From: Microcoleus sp.
GTDB taxonomy: Bacteria > Cyanobacteriota > Cyanobacteriia > Cyanobacteriales > Microcoleaceae
Length of the DNA: 64,000 nt
Direction: 5' to 3'
Assembly (NCBI GenBank): GCA_042408215.1
Contig: JAYFMW010000005.1
Location: 544,001 to 608,000, forward strand
This document shows, piece after piece, positions 11,401 to 22,084 of this stretch. The first letter of the stretch is position 1; the number at the start of each line of letters is the position of its first letter. The position numbers were made by a program, and so were the translations under genes. Below the pieces are notes generated by a model. It ran no database searches and was not told the DNA's origin. It saw only the letters and a program-made list of their open reading frames with translations.

Positions 11401-14400
11401 TCGACTGTTTCCGAAATTCCTAATTCTGCGAGAAATCCTGTCGATCCAAAACTGGAAAATTCCCCAGCGACAGAAACCAAAAACTCGAAAGTTTCCGAAA
11501 ATATCATCCCAACTTTCTCATAAAACACTCAACCAGCCATTACAGTTGTCAACTCAATCGACGAAATCACAGGTGACAAAATCGAAAAACTCGTCTTTAT
11601 CCAACCAGACAAACCAGAAATAGCAGCAATCCCAGCAGAATCCACAGACATTCTCACCGGGGAAATTGCAAATACCTCCCCAACACTTATCGATACCCCC
11701 GAAATAGCCAGCGAAACTGCTGAAAATTTCCCGCTAATTTCTCCCGATGAAATTTCCACACTGTGGGAAACTCTCAACAGCATATTAGCCCAACAATTTC
11801 CTCTCATTTCCGAAACAGAATCCATCCAAAATTATCAACCATCCGCATCAGAATACATAGTTACCGACACCCAAACTATTATTCCTGAAATCGCCGTCAC
11901 TGAAAACCATTACTCACAACAATCAGAAAATATCATCGCCGACAGCGACAATCAGCCCCCAACAACCATCGACGAATATCTAAACCCCGACTTCGACTCG
12001 GAAAAAATCACAATTACTCCCGCAATACCATCAGACGAAAACCAGCCAGACAACTCACTTCATAGCATCACCGACTCCGAAACCGAATCCCAAACAAACA
12101 TCAACGAATACACAATCACCAACACAGAAACCCAACCAGAAAAAACCCCCAACTTCCCCCAACAAACCCAACCATTAATCGGAATCATCGACACCGGCTT
12201 TGTCGCCAACAATCCCAACATCGACTACAGCCAAATTAGACTCGGAAAAGACGTAATCGAGGGCGACAACAATCCCCTACTCCAACCAAACCAACGAAAC
12301 CAACACGGAAACACAATATTAGAAATTATCAGCGCCTCCAACAATCAAAGCGACACCAAAAAATCGACTTCAATTTGGTTAGGAAGAGCAACTGGTTCCG
12401 GCAACTGGCATCAATCTCTGATAGAATTTGTAGATGTCGCCAAAGCCTCAAAACAACCCAACGCCGTCGTCAACCTCAGCTTCGACTTAACCCAAATCAA
12501 TCCCAACGGTACAGAAACCACACGCTACCAACTCACACCCGAAGAAAAATCAGCACTTAAATACGCCCTTGACAACAACATCCTGATTGTAGCAGCCGCC
12601 GGTAACGAAGGGGCTCTGGTCTCCGCACTCGGACAAGCCTCCACAGAATTCGACAACATCATCACAGTCGGCGCATCCGAAAACAACAACCGCAGCGCCT
12701 ATTCCAGCTACGGAGAAGGCTTGGATATTTTAGCACAAATCAGCCTTCCAGAAACAGCAGAAACTGCAACAACTGAAACAAAACAAGGCACATCAATAGC
12801 AGCAGCCCTCGTCACAAACACCATCTCCCAAATGTGGGAAGCCAACCCATCCCTCAACCGCCAACAAATCAAAAACATCCTCCTCAAAACAGCCACCGAC
12901 ATCGACGTACCCGAATGGGACGAAAGGACAGGATACGGCATCTTAAACCGCGAATTAGCAATTGCTACCGCCACCAAAACAATCCCCACAATCCCAGTAT
13001 TTGCAGCCACCAAACACTTGACAAAATCCCTAATTAATGCTGATTCAAATGTCAGCAACACTCCCAACAATACCACAGCCAAACCCTCAGAAAGACCAAC
13101 CGCAACCAACCCCCCAGCCAACACACCAAAGACTACCAGCACCTCAACCGGAGACTACAACCAAGGTACTAACTCCTACAGCACAGAATTACCCCGAAAC
13201 ACAACCACCACTAATAGCAACTCAAACGGTACAAAGAGCACAAACACTCAAACCACCAACAACTACTCACACACAGATTCCAACTGGGATAAAAGCCGCA
13301 CCCGTACCAACAGTAACAGCAACTCATTCTATGAACAGACAACAGATACAAACACCACAGCCAGGGACTACACAGACAAAAACTTTTCCCTCTACTCAAT
13401 AGAAAACACAAATAAATCCCAGGAAAACTACAGCCGAGTTAAATACGAAGGCACTCGCAACGACCAAAGCTCATCCAATCAGAAATGGCGCTCATCTAGA
13501 AACTATACCAGTCCTTCACAAACTATAAAGACATCTGCCGAAAGTTACCGAAACAACAAAGCTCAATCAGACGTCAAATACGACGGTAACTATGCAGCCA
13601 GTAACTCCAGCAGCCAAGAAGAATCAGGTTCAAAATCAACCACAAACAATAGCTATACTGACAAAAATTACAATTCCGTCAGTAACAGTTCAACCCAAAA
13701 TCAAGGAAAAGCCAACTGGACTAATAGCAGCAACGGCAACAATTCCATCAGCACTTATAGCGGAAACAATGCCGAAGTCAATCAATCCAATTCTCACACC
13801 AAAAGTAGCAGCGATTTCTCCAAAAACAGCAACAGCAACGACAACCGTACAATAATCAATTACACCTGGGACAATACTACAACCAACGGCAAAACCGTCG
13901 GCAGCAGTACCCGCGATACTTATTCGGAAGGGAACAGTAATGCTAACACCAGTTACGATGATGGCAAATCAAACAATAAGAGCAACACAGATACATATAC
14001 CCAGAATCAGTCCCAGGAAACTAATAGTAGCAACGGCACTAACTCTTGGAGTAACAATCGAAATAATGGTTACTCAGTAACTCAGGGGCAACAGCACAGA
14101 AAGTTACAAAAACGGGCCGGATACTAGAAACCACAGTCGAGATAATTATTCAGTCAGTAAATCGAACTCTTCCAGCAGTAACAGTGCCGGAAAACCGAGT
14201 TCTAAAAACCAACAAGAAGATTATTCAGAGAGTCAAGACAAGTGGGATAGCGAGTATAAAGCTGATACTTATACAACCAAAACTAACAGTGACCAATCGA
14301 CAATAACGGCGAGTAAAAGTAACAGCAGCACCGATGGTAATAATACCACCTCATCTAACAGTAGCGATACCTTAACTACTCGGAATTCACAGACAATCAC

Positions 14401-15886
14401 AACTTACAAGGATGGTCGAAAAGAAGAAAATGGCAGTTCGAGTTACGAGAAATGGTCGAGGGATAGCAGTTATGATAGTAAAGGTGTAGTTAGTGACGTT
14501 TACAAGAGTTCTAGCTGGACTTCGAGTTACAGCAAGAATTACTTTAAAGGAGGTTACAGTTGGACGGAAACTATCAGCGGTTACGATTCGGAATCGGTAA
14601 CTAAAAGAGCTGTTTATACGAGTAGTGGCAGTAGTTGGAGTTGGACGAGAAGCGGGACTGTGTGGGATGATGGTCGGAATGATTGGAGTGAAAGTTGGTC
14701 TAAGTCTAGTTGGAAAGATGGCAAGTATGGTCAGAGTGAATCCGAGTCGAAAAGGGGAGGATTCGATCCGAAGAAAACAGGGACGCAGGTGAATGATGTA
14801 CCGAAATTTGGGGAAGCGCCGCGGTTGAATAAGGCTCCGAAAAAACAGGTGCCGCCGGATTTGACGAAGCAGCCGAAGCCGAGCGATGATATTTGGAAGT
14901 TGCCGACTGTTATTCTTAAGGAACCTCAGTTTAAAGATGTTTTTGGTAGTGGTGGATCTAATTCTTCTTCAGGTGGGAGTGGGAAGGATAATTTTCCTGA
15001 TAATTGGTTTGGTGGTTCTGGTGGTGGCAACCCACCAAATCAGGACAAAATACAAAAATTTCTCCGCGAATTTCGTAGAGTAATGGCACAGGGAAAACGT
15101 GCTGTCATAGATTTTCTCAAAGGATTCATTTACCACTCTCTGATAAATGGCGTCGGTATCCTCAAGGATGTAGCTGACCTCTTGTACCCACCAGGAGCAA
15201 AATCCCATGCTGAAATTGAGGCATATTACCGGAATAATCTGAGTTTTCAGGCAGGAAGAGCTATCGCCAATGGATTAACTTTTCTAGCGGGAATACTAGG
15301 GATTTTGTTGATCGGACTGACTATTGGAGGTAGTGGTGGTAGTGCTTTAGTGGCAGCGCCCGCACAGGTAGCAGCGCTAGTAGCTGCTGGTAATATGACG
15401 GCAGCTAGTGCGCGAGATATCCTCACCATAGTAAGTCAATTTTTTCAGGTTAATTCTGGGAACGCTGCTGGTACTTTTCATCCGGGCGCGCGTACATTAA
15501 CTGATGAAGAATCATTATCACAGGGTTTGCGGGTTCATAATAGACCACAATTTTCAGAAAAAAATATGCAGGGTGCATTGCCAAATCCGTCTGGTCAGGC
15601 AGGACATGCGAATAGTAAGCATGAATTTTCTAAGCAGCTACAAGCTGATATCATCAACAAACCAGAGCGTGTGTTTATCGGGATCAACGATAATGGTCGG
15701 CAAGTTACTGTATTCTATAAGGACGGGAACGTAGTTATCACTCAAGATAATGATTTTACTCGCGTCATCACTGCATACGGTCGTAGCGCAATCAGTAAAT
15801 CATCAGGGGGTCAAGTCAGACCAGGAACGCCTGTCTCTCCTAATAGATGGATGAATAGCCCCAATTATTTGGAAATCAGTAAGTGA
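8470..15886 (+). pseudogene. Giant repeat-S8 peptidase-pre-toxin-toxin protein (~2471 aa if repaired), broken by an in-frame TAA at 11521 and a +1 frameshift at G4 14085-14088
   Basis: The frame of 8470 stays open after TAA 11521-11523 through 14127. Removing one G joins it to the frame of ORF 14660..15886, which is open from ~14087. S8 triad motifs: IDTG (12187-12198), QHG (12301), AAGN and GTS (12787-12795). Confidence 0.75.
9021..11500 (+). repeat. 84-bp (28-aa) coding tandem repeat, about 29-30 units
   Basis: Unit ENSPATETKNSTVSEIPNSATTPADPKT with interchangeable half-unit variants. Confidence 0.97.
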
Positions 15887-15905
15887 GTATCTTGGAGGTC
15901 AAAAT

Positions 15906-16373
15906 ATGAACCCAATTCTCGAACAAAAGCTTTGGAATGCAGGAAAATATGCAGAAGCATATACCCAAGAAATATGGCAGGAAATTATTGATGCAATCCT
16001 TGATGAATTTCAAAATTTTCTGGGACAGGATTTTCACCGAGATCCTGAAATTAGGTTAGATATCAAATATCCAAATTCCCCATCATTTGGTCGATGGCTC
16101 TGGACTGGAGAGAGAGAAGATGCTCCTTTGCATACAGCATGGTCGGCTGTTATTGGCGGGGATATGGTAGGAACTGAAAGCGGGGAAGATCTTTTTCATG
16201 TTAGTCTTACTTTATTTGTGTTCGACGTGACTAGCAAAAAGCGTTTATGCTTACAAACTGGTGAGAGCTTCCTTGAGTTTGTTTTTGAAAAACAATCCGA
16301 TAGTCATGGATATTGGCGTACTTTGGGGTGGTTTAAGGATGAATGGGGTGAGTGGGAGGATGTTCAATTTTAA
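15906..16373 (+). CDS. Putative immunity protein
   Basis: 155-aa acidic, Trp-rich ORF with a GGAGG RBS, 19 bp after the toxin-like stop. The function is inferred from position. Confidence 0.55.
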   Translation: MNPILEQKLWNAGKYAEAYTQEIWQEIIDAILDEFQNFLGQDFHRDPEIRLDIKYPNSPSFGRWLWTGEREDAPLHTAWSAVIGGDMVGTESGEDLFHVSLTLFVFDVTSKKRLCLQTGESFLEFVFEKQSDSHGYWRTLGWFKDEWGEWEDVQF

Positions 16374-16909
16374 ATTTGCATCTCCCGCTCGCGCACAACT
16401 TCCTTTGAATTGATCGACCGGGGCGGGCTAGTCATTTTGTGCGATCGAATTATTGTCGATAGTTTGAGCTGAAATGGCGCTCGCACTTGGGAACAATTTC
16501 CTTTTAGTCGATCGCCCGTTTTTAGGTGATTTTCTGTTTCGGGCGATCGTACACAGAGTACAACTTCCTTTCAGTACATCGCCCACTTTGAGATAATTTT
16601 CTATTTCGGGCGATCGGGCGATCGAACTTTTGGATGACGGGCGATCGCCCGATCGCAGTCTATCGCCCCGGATGACCCCGATTCCCATATAAATAAAAAA
16701 TTTAGTTATTTTGAATACAATTCCCGACTCAACAGTCGATCGCACCTCTCAATTTTGTCTGGGGATCTAAAGTTCACCTAAAGTTCCATGCCCGATCGCA
16801 AAACCCTCCCTAAGATAGAAGTTGCAGGACGATCGGTCTCATCGCCGATTCAGCAACACCTGAAAAATCCCAAACGAGGGAGCCACAAGACAGGGAGGAC
16901 ATCAAAATC

Positions 16910-17983
16910 ATGGTAAACGCGCCGACAGGAGAAACCCGCCTAGGCCCGATCGCTCAGGTGCAAGCCTTAGACCGCGATTGCACGACTCTATCCCGTCACG
17001 TACTCCAGCAACTCCAAAGCTTTTCAGCAGATGCTCAGGATCTGAGCGCGCTGATGAATCGGATCGGACTAGCAGCCAAGCTGATCGCCAGGCGACTTAG
17101 CAGAGCCGGGTTAATGGAAGATGCTTTAGGGTTTACAGGGGCTGTAAACGTGCAGGGAGAATCCGTCAAACATATGGATATCTATGCCAATGAAGTGTTT
17201 ATCTCCGTATTTCAGCAAAGTGGACTTGTCTGCCGCTTGGCTTCGGAGGAAATGGAAAAACCCTATTATATTCCCGAAAATTGTCCGATCGGGCGCTACA
17301 GTCTCCTCTATGACCCCATAGACGGTTCTTCCAATCTTGACATCAATCTCAACGTCGGCTCAATCTTTAGCATCCGCAAGCAAGAGGGGGACGATGAAGA
17401 CGGTTCTGCTTCCGATTTGCTGCAACACGGACACAAACAAATCGCCGCTGGCTACGTGCTCTACGGGCCCAGTACAATGCTGGTTTATTCGATCGGCCAA
17501 GGCGTTCATTCCTTTACTCTCGACCCCAGTTTGGGCGAGTTTATTCTAGCAACCGAAAACATACAGGTTCCAGACAGCGGCCCGATTTACAGTGTTAATG
17601 AAGGTAGTTTTTGGCAGTGGGATGAATCTTTTCGGGATTATATTCGCTACGTACACCGCAGCGAAGGCTACACCGCCCGGTACGGAGGGGCTTTGGTGGG
17701 AGATTTCCACCGGATTTTGTTTCAAGGAGGCGTGTTTTTGTATCCAGGAACAGTGAAAAAACCCGAAGGCAAATTGCGCTTACTCTACGAGTCGGCTCCT
17801 TTGGCGTTTTTGATGGAGCAAGCCGGCGGGCGGGCTAGTACCGGCATTCAAGACATCTTGGACGTGGTGCCAACTAAAATTCACGAGCGCACGCCCTTGA
17901 TTATCGGCAGCAAAGAAGATGTAGCCCTAGTGGAGTCTTTTATTAAAGATCGATCGCGCAATCCTAGAACACTTGAAGAGTAA
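16910..17983 (+). CDS. fbp: Class 1 fructose-1,6-bisphosphatase
   Basis: [29 protein letters not shown] motifs. Confidence 0.97.
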   Translation: MVNAPTGETRLGPIAQVQALDRDCTTLSRHVLQQLQSFSADAQDLSALMNRIGLAAKLIARRLSRAGLMEDALGFTGAVNVQGESVKHMDIYANEVFISVFQQSGLVCRLASEEMEKPYYIPENCPIGRYSLLYDPIDGSSNLDINLNVGSIFSIRKQEGDDEDGSASDLLQHGHKQIAAGYVLYGPSTMLVYSIGQGVHSFTLDPSLGEFILATENIQVPDSGPIYSVNEGSFWQWDESFRDYIRYVHRSEGYTARYGGALVGDFHRILFQGGVFLYPGTVKKPEGKLRLLYESAPLAFLMEQAGGRASTGIQDILDVVPTKIHERTPLIIGSKEDVALVESFIKDRSRNPRTLEE

Positions 17984-18070
17984 GGAAGTTCGGCAACGGA
18001 TTATGTAACGGATGTAACGGATGTAACACCGGGAAGGAAGTTCGGCAACGGATTGTGTAACGGATGTAAT
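17984..18070 (+). repeat. Dispersed repeat GGAAGTTCGGCAACGGATT-(TAACGGATG/T)n, two copies here
   Basis: Same motif at ~23452 (degenerate), 34016 and 47439. Confidence 0.8.
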
Positions 18071-18219
18071 AGAGGTTAGGAAGCAAGAATGTTTTAATTT
18101 CCAATTGCCAATACTTGGGCTACACGGTTCAGCCAGCGTATTCGAAGGGCCGCACAAGTTCTCAATTTCCAATTTCTAATTCCCAATTATCAAATATCAA
18201 ATTGTAGGAGTTACAGATC

Positions 18220-19377
18220 ATGACAGAAGCAGCGACGAAGAATCACCTGTTAGAAATCGAAGCAATCGGCCAGAGTATCTGGATGGACAATTTGACTCGG
18301 GATCTGATCGAGTCGGGCGAACTCAAAAAGATGATTGAAAGTCGCGGGCTGCGAGGGATTACATCCAATCCGGCTATTTTCGAGAAAGCGATCGCGGGCA
18401 ATGTCATTTACGATGCTGATATCGAAGCTGGCATCCGGGCTGGTAAATCTGTACTCGAAATTTACGAATCTCTAGTGTTTGAAGATATCCGCAATGCTTG
18501 CGATATCTTCGCTCCTGTGTACGAAGAGTCCAAGGGTTTGGACGGCTACATCAGCATTGAAGTGCCACCGACGATCGCCAATGATACAGAAAGCACGATT
18601 AGCGAAGCCTTACGTTATTATCAGGCGATCGGTAAACCAAATGTGATGATCAAGATTCCGGGAACTGCTCAAGGATTGCCGGCAGTGGAACGAGTCATCA
18701 GCGAAGGGATTAACGTTAATGTGACTTTGCTGTTCTCTGTTGACAGCTACGTCGAAACTTTTTGGGCTTATATCCGTGGCTTGGAAGCGCGGGCGGCTAA
18801 GGGTTTGGATGTGAGCAACATCGCCTCTGTTGCCAGTTTCTTCTTGAGCCGGATCGACATCAATATTGACGGCAAAATTGACGAGAAACTCAAAAACGTC
18901 ACCGATATTTCCACCAAAGCCAAACTGGAAGCGGTGAAGGGAAAAATTGCGATCGCCAATGCCAAAGTAGCTTACCAGAAGTATAAAGAGATCGTCGCGA
19001 GCGATCGCTGGCAAGCATTAGCAGCAAAGGGAGCCAAAGTGCAACGGCTGCTGTGGGCGAGTACCAGCACCAAAAACCCCAACTACAGCGATGTCATGTA
19101 CGTCGATGAATTAATCGGCCCAGACACCGTTAACACTTTGCCGCCAAACACCGTTGAGGCTTGTTTCGACCACTGCGATGTCGCACCCCGGATTGAGAGC
19201 AACGTTGAAGAAGCTTACACCCTGATCGAAAGTCTCAAAGATCCAGACATCGACATCAACTTGGACAAAGTGATGGCAGACTTGCTCCTGGACGGGATCG
19301 AGAAATTTGTCAGCCCGTTCCAATCCCTGATGGATTCCTTGGAAGAGAAAGTGCAGAAGCTCGCACCAGTCGCTTAG
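18220..19377 (+). CDS. tal: Transaldolase
   Basis: GITSNPAIF, MIKIPGT, NVTLLFS, ASFFLSRID, LLWASTSTKNP motifs. Confidence 0.97.
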   Translation: MTEAATKNHLLEIEAIGQSIWMDNLTRDLIESGELKKMIESRGLRGITSNPAIFEKAIAGNVIYDADIEAGIRAGKSVLEIYESLVFEDIRNACDIFAPVYEESKGLDGYISIEVPPTIANDTESTISEALRYYQAIGKPNVMIKIPGTAQGLPAVERVISEGINVNVTLLFSVDSYVETFWAYIRGLEARAAKGLDVSNIASVASFFLSRIDINIDGKIDEKLKNVTDISTKAKLEAVKGKIAIANAKVAYQKYKEIVASDRWQALAAKGAKVQRLLWASTSTKNPNYSDVMYVDELIGPDTVNTLPPNTVEACFDHCDVAPRIESNVEEAYTLIESLKDPDIDINLDKVMADLLLDGIEKFVSPFQSLMDSLEEKVQKLAPVA

Positions 19378-19468
19378 GCAGATATCTGTATCCTTGAAGG
19401 CAGAAGCATTTGGGATTCGCAATAGATAATTGTTTTGCTTCCTAAATGCTGAGATTTAAATTCTCTCT

Positions 19469-19502
19469 AGGAAAAATGAGCGCAATTGCGCTCATTTTTC
19501 CT
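19469..19502. promoter_or_regulatory. Perfect 34-bp palindrome AGGAAAAATGAGCGCAATTGCGCTCATTTTTCCT (candidate operator)
   Basis: Perfect inverted symmetry. The 18-bp core recurs at 19856-19873 inside the downstream gene. Confidence 0.6.
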
Positions 19503-19590
19503 CCAAAGGAAAATCTCTTCTGTCCTCTAACAGGAATCTAGTCAGATATACAACTCAAATTCTCCATTTCCAACCGCTGAGGCATTTACT

Positions 19591-20394
19591 ATGCAGATTA
19601 CCAATACTCTAGAGAGCGAGTACGTAACCGACGAACTTGATGTCGCCGAACGGGCGAGGCTTCAAGAACTGGAATCAATTGTCGAAAATGGACTTCAGAT
19701 ATTTTACGAAGTTGGCAAAGCCCTTGACGAGATTCGCGAACAGAAACTATACAGGGAAACCCACAAAAGTTTTGAGGCTTATTGCCGGGAAAGGTGGGCT
19801 ATAGCTAGACGGACAGCGGATCAGTTTATTGGTGCGGCTCGGGTTATAGAAAATTTGAGCGCAATTGCGCTCAAAATTCCTACCAAAGAAAATCAAGTCC
19901 GTCCTTTAACAGGATTATCGCCAGAACTCCAACTCGAAATTTGGCAAGAGGCTCTATCGTTATCGCCCAATGGTATGCCTACTGGTGCAGCAGTTCAGCG
20001 CTTGGTTGATGAGCGATTTCCATCCCTAGGAAGCGGACGATCGCCTAAAGAGAGTGATTCAGAATTGGAGAAGTTGCGATCGGACAATAAACGGCTTAGA
20101 GAGGAAATCCGACAGCAAAACAGAGACAGGGATCGGCGTGCTGCTGCTGTGGCTTTGGAAATGGAGCAACTGCGATCCGAAAACAGGCAGTTAAAAGCTG
20201 AACTGCTACAGCGCGATAAAGATTGGGAAATCCGTCTGGCGGTTGAAAGGAGAAAAATTCGAGAAGAAGTTAGAGCGGAACTCAAGGCAGAATATGAAGG
20301 GCAGATCAACTCCCTCACCCAACAACTGGCAGAAATGACAAAAAACTATCAATCTGTATTGGCAAGACTCACAGCTTTAGAAGGAGCGAAATAG
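19591..20394 (+). CDS. Phage/plasmid-type DNA-binding protein with C-terminal coiled coil, inserted between tal and zwf
   Basis: FYEVGKALDEIREQKLYR..HKSFEAYCRERW...E.QVRPL resembles helical DNA-binding domains of cyanobacterial mobile elements. The C-terminus is heptad-rich. Confidence 0.65.
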   Translation: MQITNTLESEYVTDELDVAERARLQELESIVENGLQIFYEVGKALDEIREQKLYRETHKSFEAYCRERWAIARRTADQFIGAARVIENLSAIALKIPTKENQVRPLTGLSPELQLEIWQEALSLSPNGMPTGAAVQRLVDERFPSLGSGRSPKESDSELEKLRSDNKRLREEIRQQNRDRDRRAAAVALEMEQLRSENRQLKAELLQRDKDWEIRLAVERRKIREEVRAELKAEYEGQINSLTQQLAEMTKNYQSVLARLTALEGAK

Positions 20395-20397
20395 ACA

Positions 20398-21927
20398 ATG
20401 GTGACAATTCTTGAAAACCCGCTGCGGGTAGGTTTGCGAAAAGAACGAGTGCCAGAACCACAAATTCTGGTCATCTTCGGAGCTTCCGGGGATCTCACCC
20501 AGCGCAAACTCGTACCAGCAATTTATCAGATGAAGCGCGATCGACGCCTGCCACCAGAAACTACCGTGGTGGGAGTGGCACGCCGCCCTTGGAGTCACGA
20601 TTATTTCCGAGAGCAAATGCGCGAAGGCATCGACGAATTTGGCGGTGGTATTGGGAATCAAGAAATTTGGCAAGATTTTGCTCAGGGTTTGTTCTACTTT
20701 CCCGGCGACATAGACAACCCCGAAAGCTATCAAAAACTCAAAGCCTTCCTAGAAGAACTCGACCAACAAAGGAGAACCCGCGGCAACCACATATTTTATC
20801 TTTCCGTTTCCCCCAACTTCTTTCCCGAAGCGATTCGGCAATTGGGGGCAGCTCAAATGCTTACAGACCCCCTGAAGCACCGCTTAGTGATTGAAAAACC
20901 TTTCGGCCGCGATTTGAGTTCGGCAAAAGCTCTAAATCGAGTAGTGCAGCAGGTTTGTCAAGAACAGCAAGTTTATCGGATTGACCACTATTTGGGTAAA
21001 GAAACTGTTCAGAATCTGATGGTGTTCCGGTTTGCGAATGCAATTTTCGAGCCACTGTGGAACCGCCAATTTGTCGATCACGTACAAATTACAGTGGCAG
21101 AAACAGTAGGGGTAGAAGACAGAGCAGGTTACTACGAATCCTCTGGGGCTTTGCGGGATATGCTGCAAAACCATTTGATGCAGATTTTTTGTCTGACAGC
21201 GATGGAACCGCCAAACTCCTTAGACGCTGACAGCATCCGTACTGAAAAGATGAAAGTTCTGCAAGCAACACGCTTAGCTGACTTGCATAACTTAGAGAAT
21301 TCCGCAATCCGTGGCCAGTATTCCGCCGGCTGGATGAAAGGCAAACCAGTGCCCGGATACCGCACCGAACCAGGAGTGAATCCTAACTCGATGACCCCAA
21401 CCTTCGTGGCGATGAAATTTATGATTGACAACTGGCGCTGGCAGGGAGTGCCTTTTTACCTACGCACCGGCAAGCGATTGCCCAAAAAAGTCAGCGAAAT
21501 AGCGATTCAGTTCCGCGAAGTGCCACTGTTAATTTTTCAGTCTGCCGCTCAACAAACTACTCCCAACGTTTTGACAATGCGCGTGCATCCCAATGAGGGG
21601 ATTTCACTGAGGTTTGAGGCGAAAATGCCGGGGCCAGATTTGCGGACGCGGACGGTGGATATGGATTTCAGTTACGGTTCTTCCTTTGGGGTGACTTCTT
21701 CGGACGCTTACGATCGACTTTTGATTGACTGTATGTTAGGCGACCAAACCTTGTTCACTCGTTCTGATGAAGTCGAAGAAGCTTGGCGCGTTGTGACACC
21801 AGCACTGATGGCCTGGGAAGCACCGAGCGATCCTGCCCTGGTGCCTCAGTATGAAGCAGGTACCTGGGAACCCGCCGAGGCAGAACTGCTAATTAATCGA
21901 GACGGTCGTAAGTGGCGCAGACTGTAA
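20398..21927 (+). CDS. zwf: Glucose-6-phosphate dehydrogenase
   Basis: [34 protein letters not shown] motifs. Confidence 0.98.
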   Translation: MVTILENPLRVGLRKERVPEPQILVIFGASGDLTQRKLVPAIYQMKRDRRLPPETTVVGVARRPWSHDYFREQMREGIDEFGGGIGNQEIWQDFAQGLFYFPGDIDNPESYQKLKAFLEELDQQRRTRGNHIFYLSVSPNFFPEAIRQLGAAQMLTDPLKHRLVIEKPFGRDLSSAKALNRVVQQVCQEQQVYRIDHYLGKETVQNLMVFRFANAIFEPLWNRQFVDHVQITVAETVGVEDRAGYYESSGALRDMLQNHLMQIFCLTAMEPPNSLDADSIRTEKMKVLQATRLADLHNLENSAIRGQYSAGWMKGKPVPGYRTEPGVNPNSMTPTFVAMKFMIDNWRWQGVPFYLRTGKRLPKKVSEIAIQFREVPLLIFQSAAQQTTPNVLTMRVHPNEGISLRFEAKMPGPDLRTRTVDMDFSYGSSFGVTSSDAYDRLLIDCMLGDQTLFTRSDEVEEAWRVVTPALMAWEAPSDPALVPQYEAGTWEPAEAELLINRDGRKWRRL

Positions 21928-22062
21928 TAGTCATTAGTCAGCAGTCATTAGTCATTAGTTTATTGGTCAGCACCAGTCATTAGCGATTAGCTAAGAACTG
22001 CTAACTAAGAACTGCTAACTAATGACTAATGACTAATGACTAATGACTAATGACTAATGACA
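21928..22062. repeat. STRR heptamer arrays (TAGTCAT then ACTAATG) in inverted orientation
   Basis: Direct reading; the two arrays are reverse complements of each other. Confidence 0.9.
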
Positions 22063-22084
22063 AATAAAAAAGGAGAAAAAACCG

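Noticed and set aside
9021..11500. Possible CRISPR array
   Set aside because: No unique spacers; units are in-frame coding repeats and no cas genes are present.
8962..11528. Many long antisense and alternate-frame ORFs over the 84-bp array
   Set aside because: By-products of a stop-poor tandem repeat; only the 8470 frame connects to unique coding sequence.
16428..16745. 105-aa minus-strand ORF
   Set aside because: Overlaps the fbp promoter repeat and HIP1-rich intergenic DNA; no recognisable motif.
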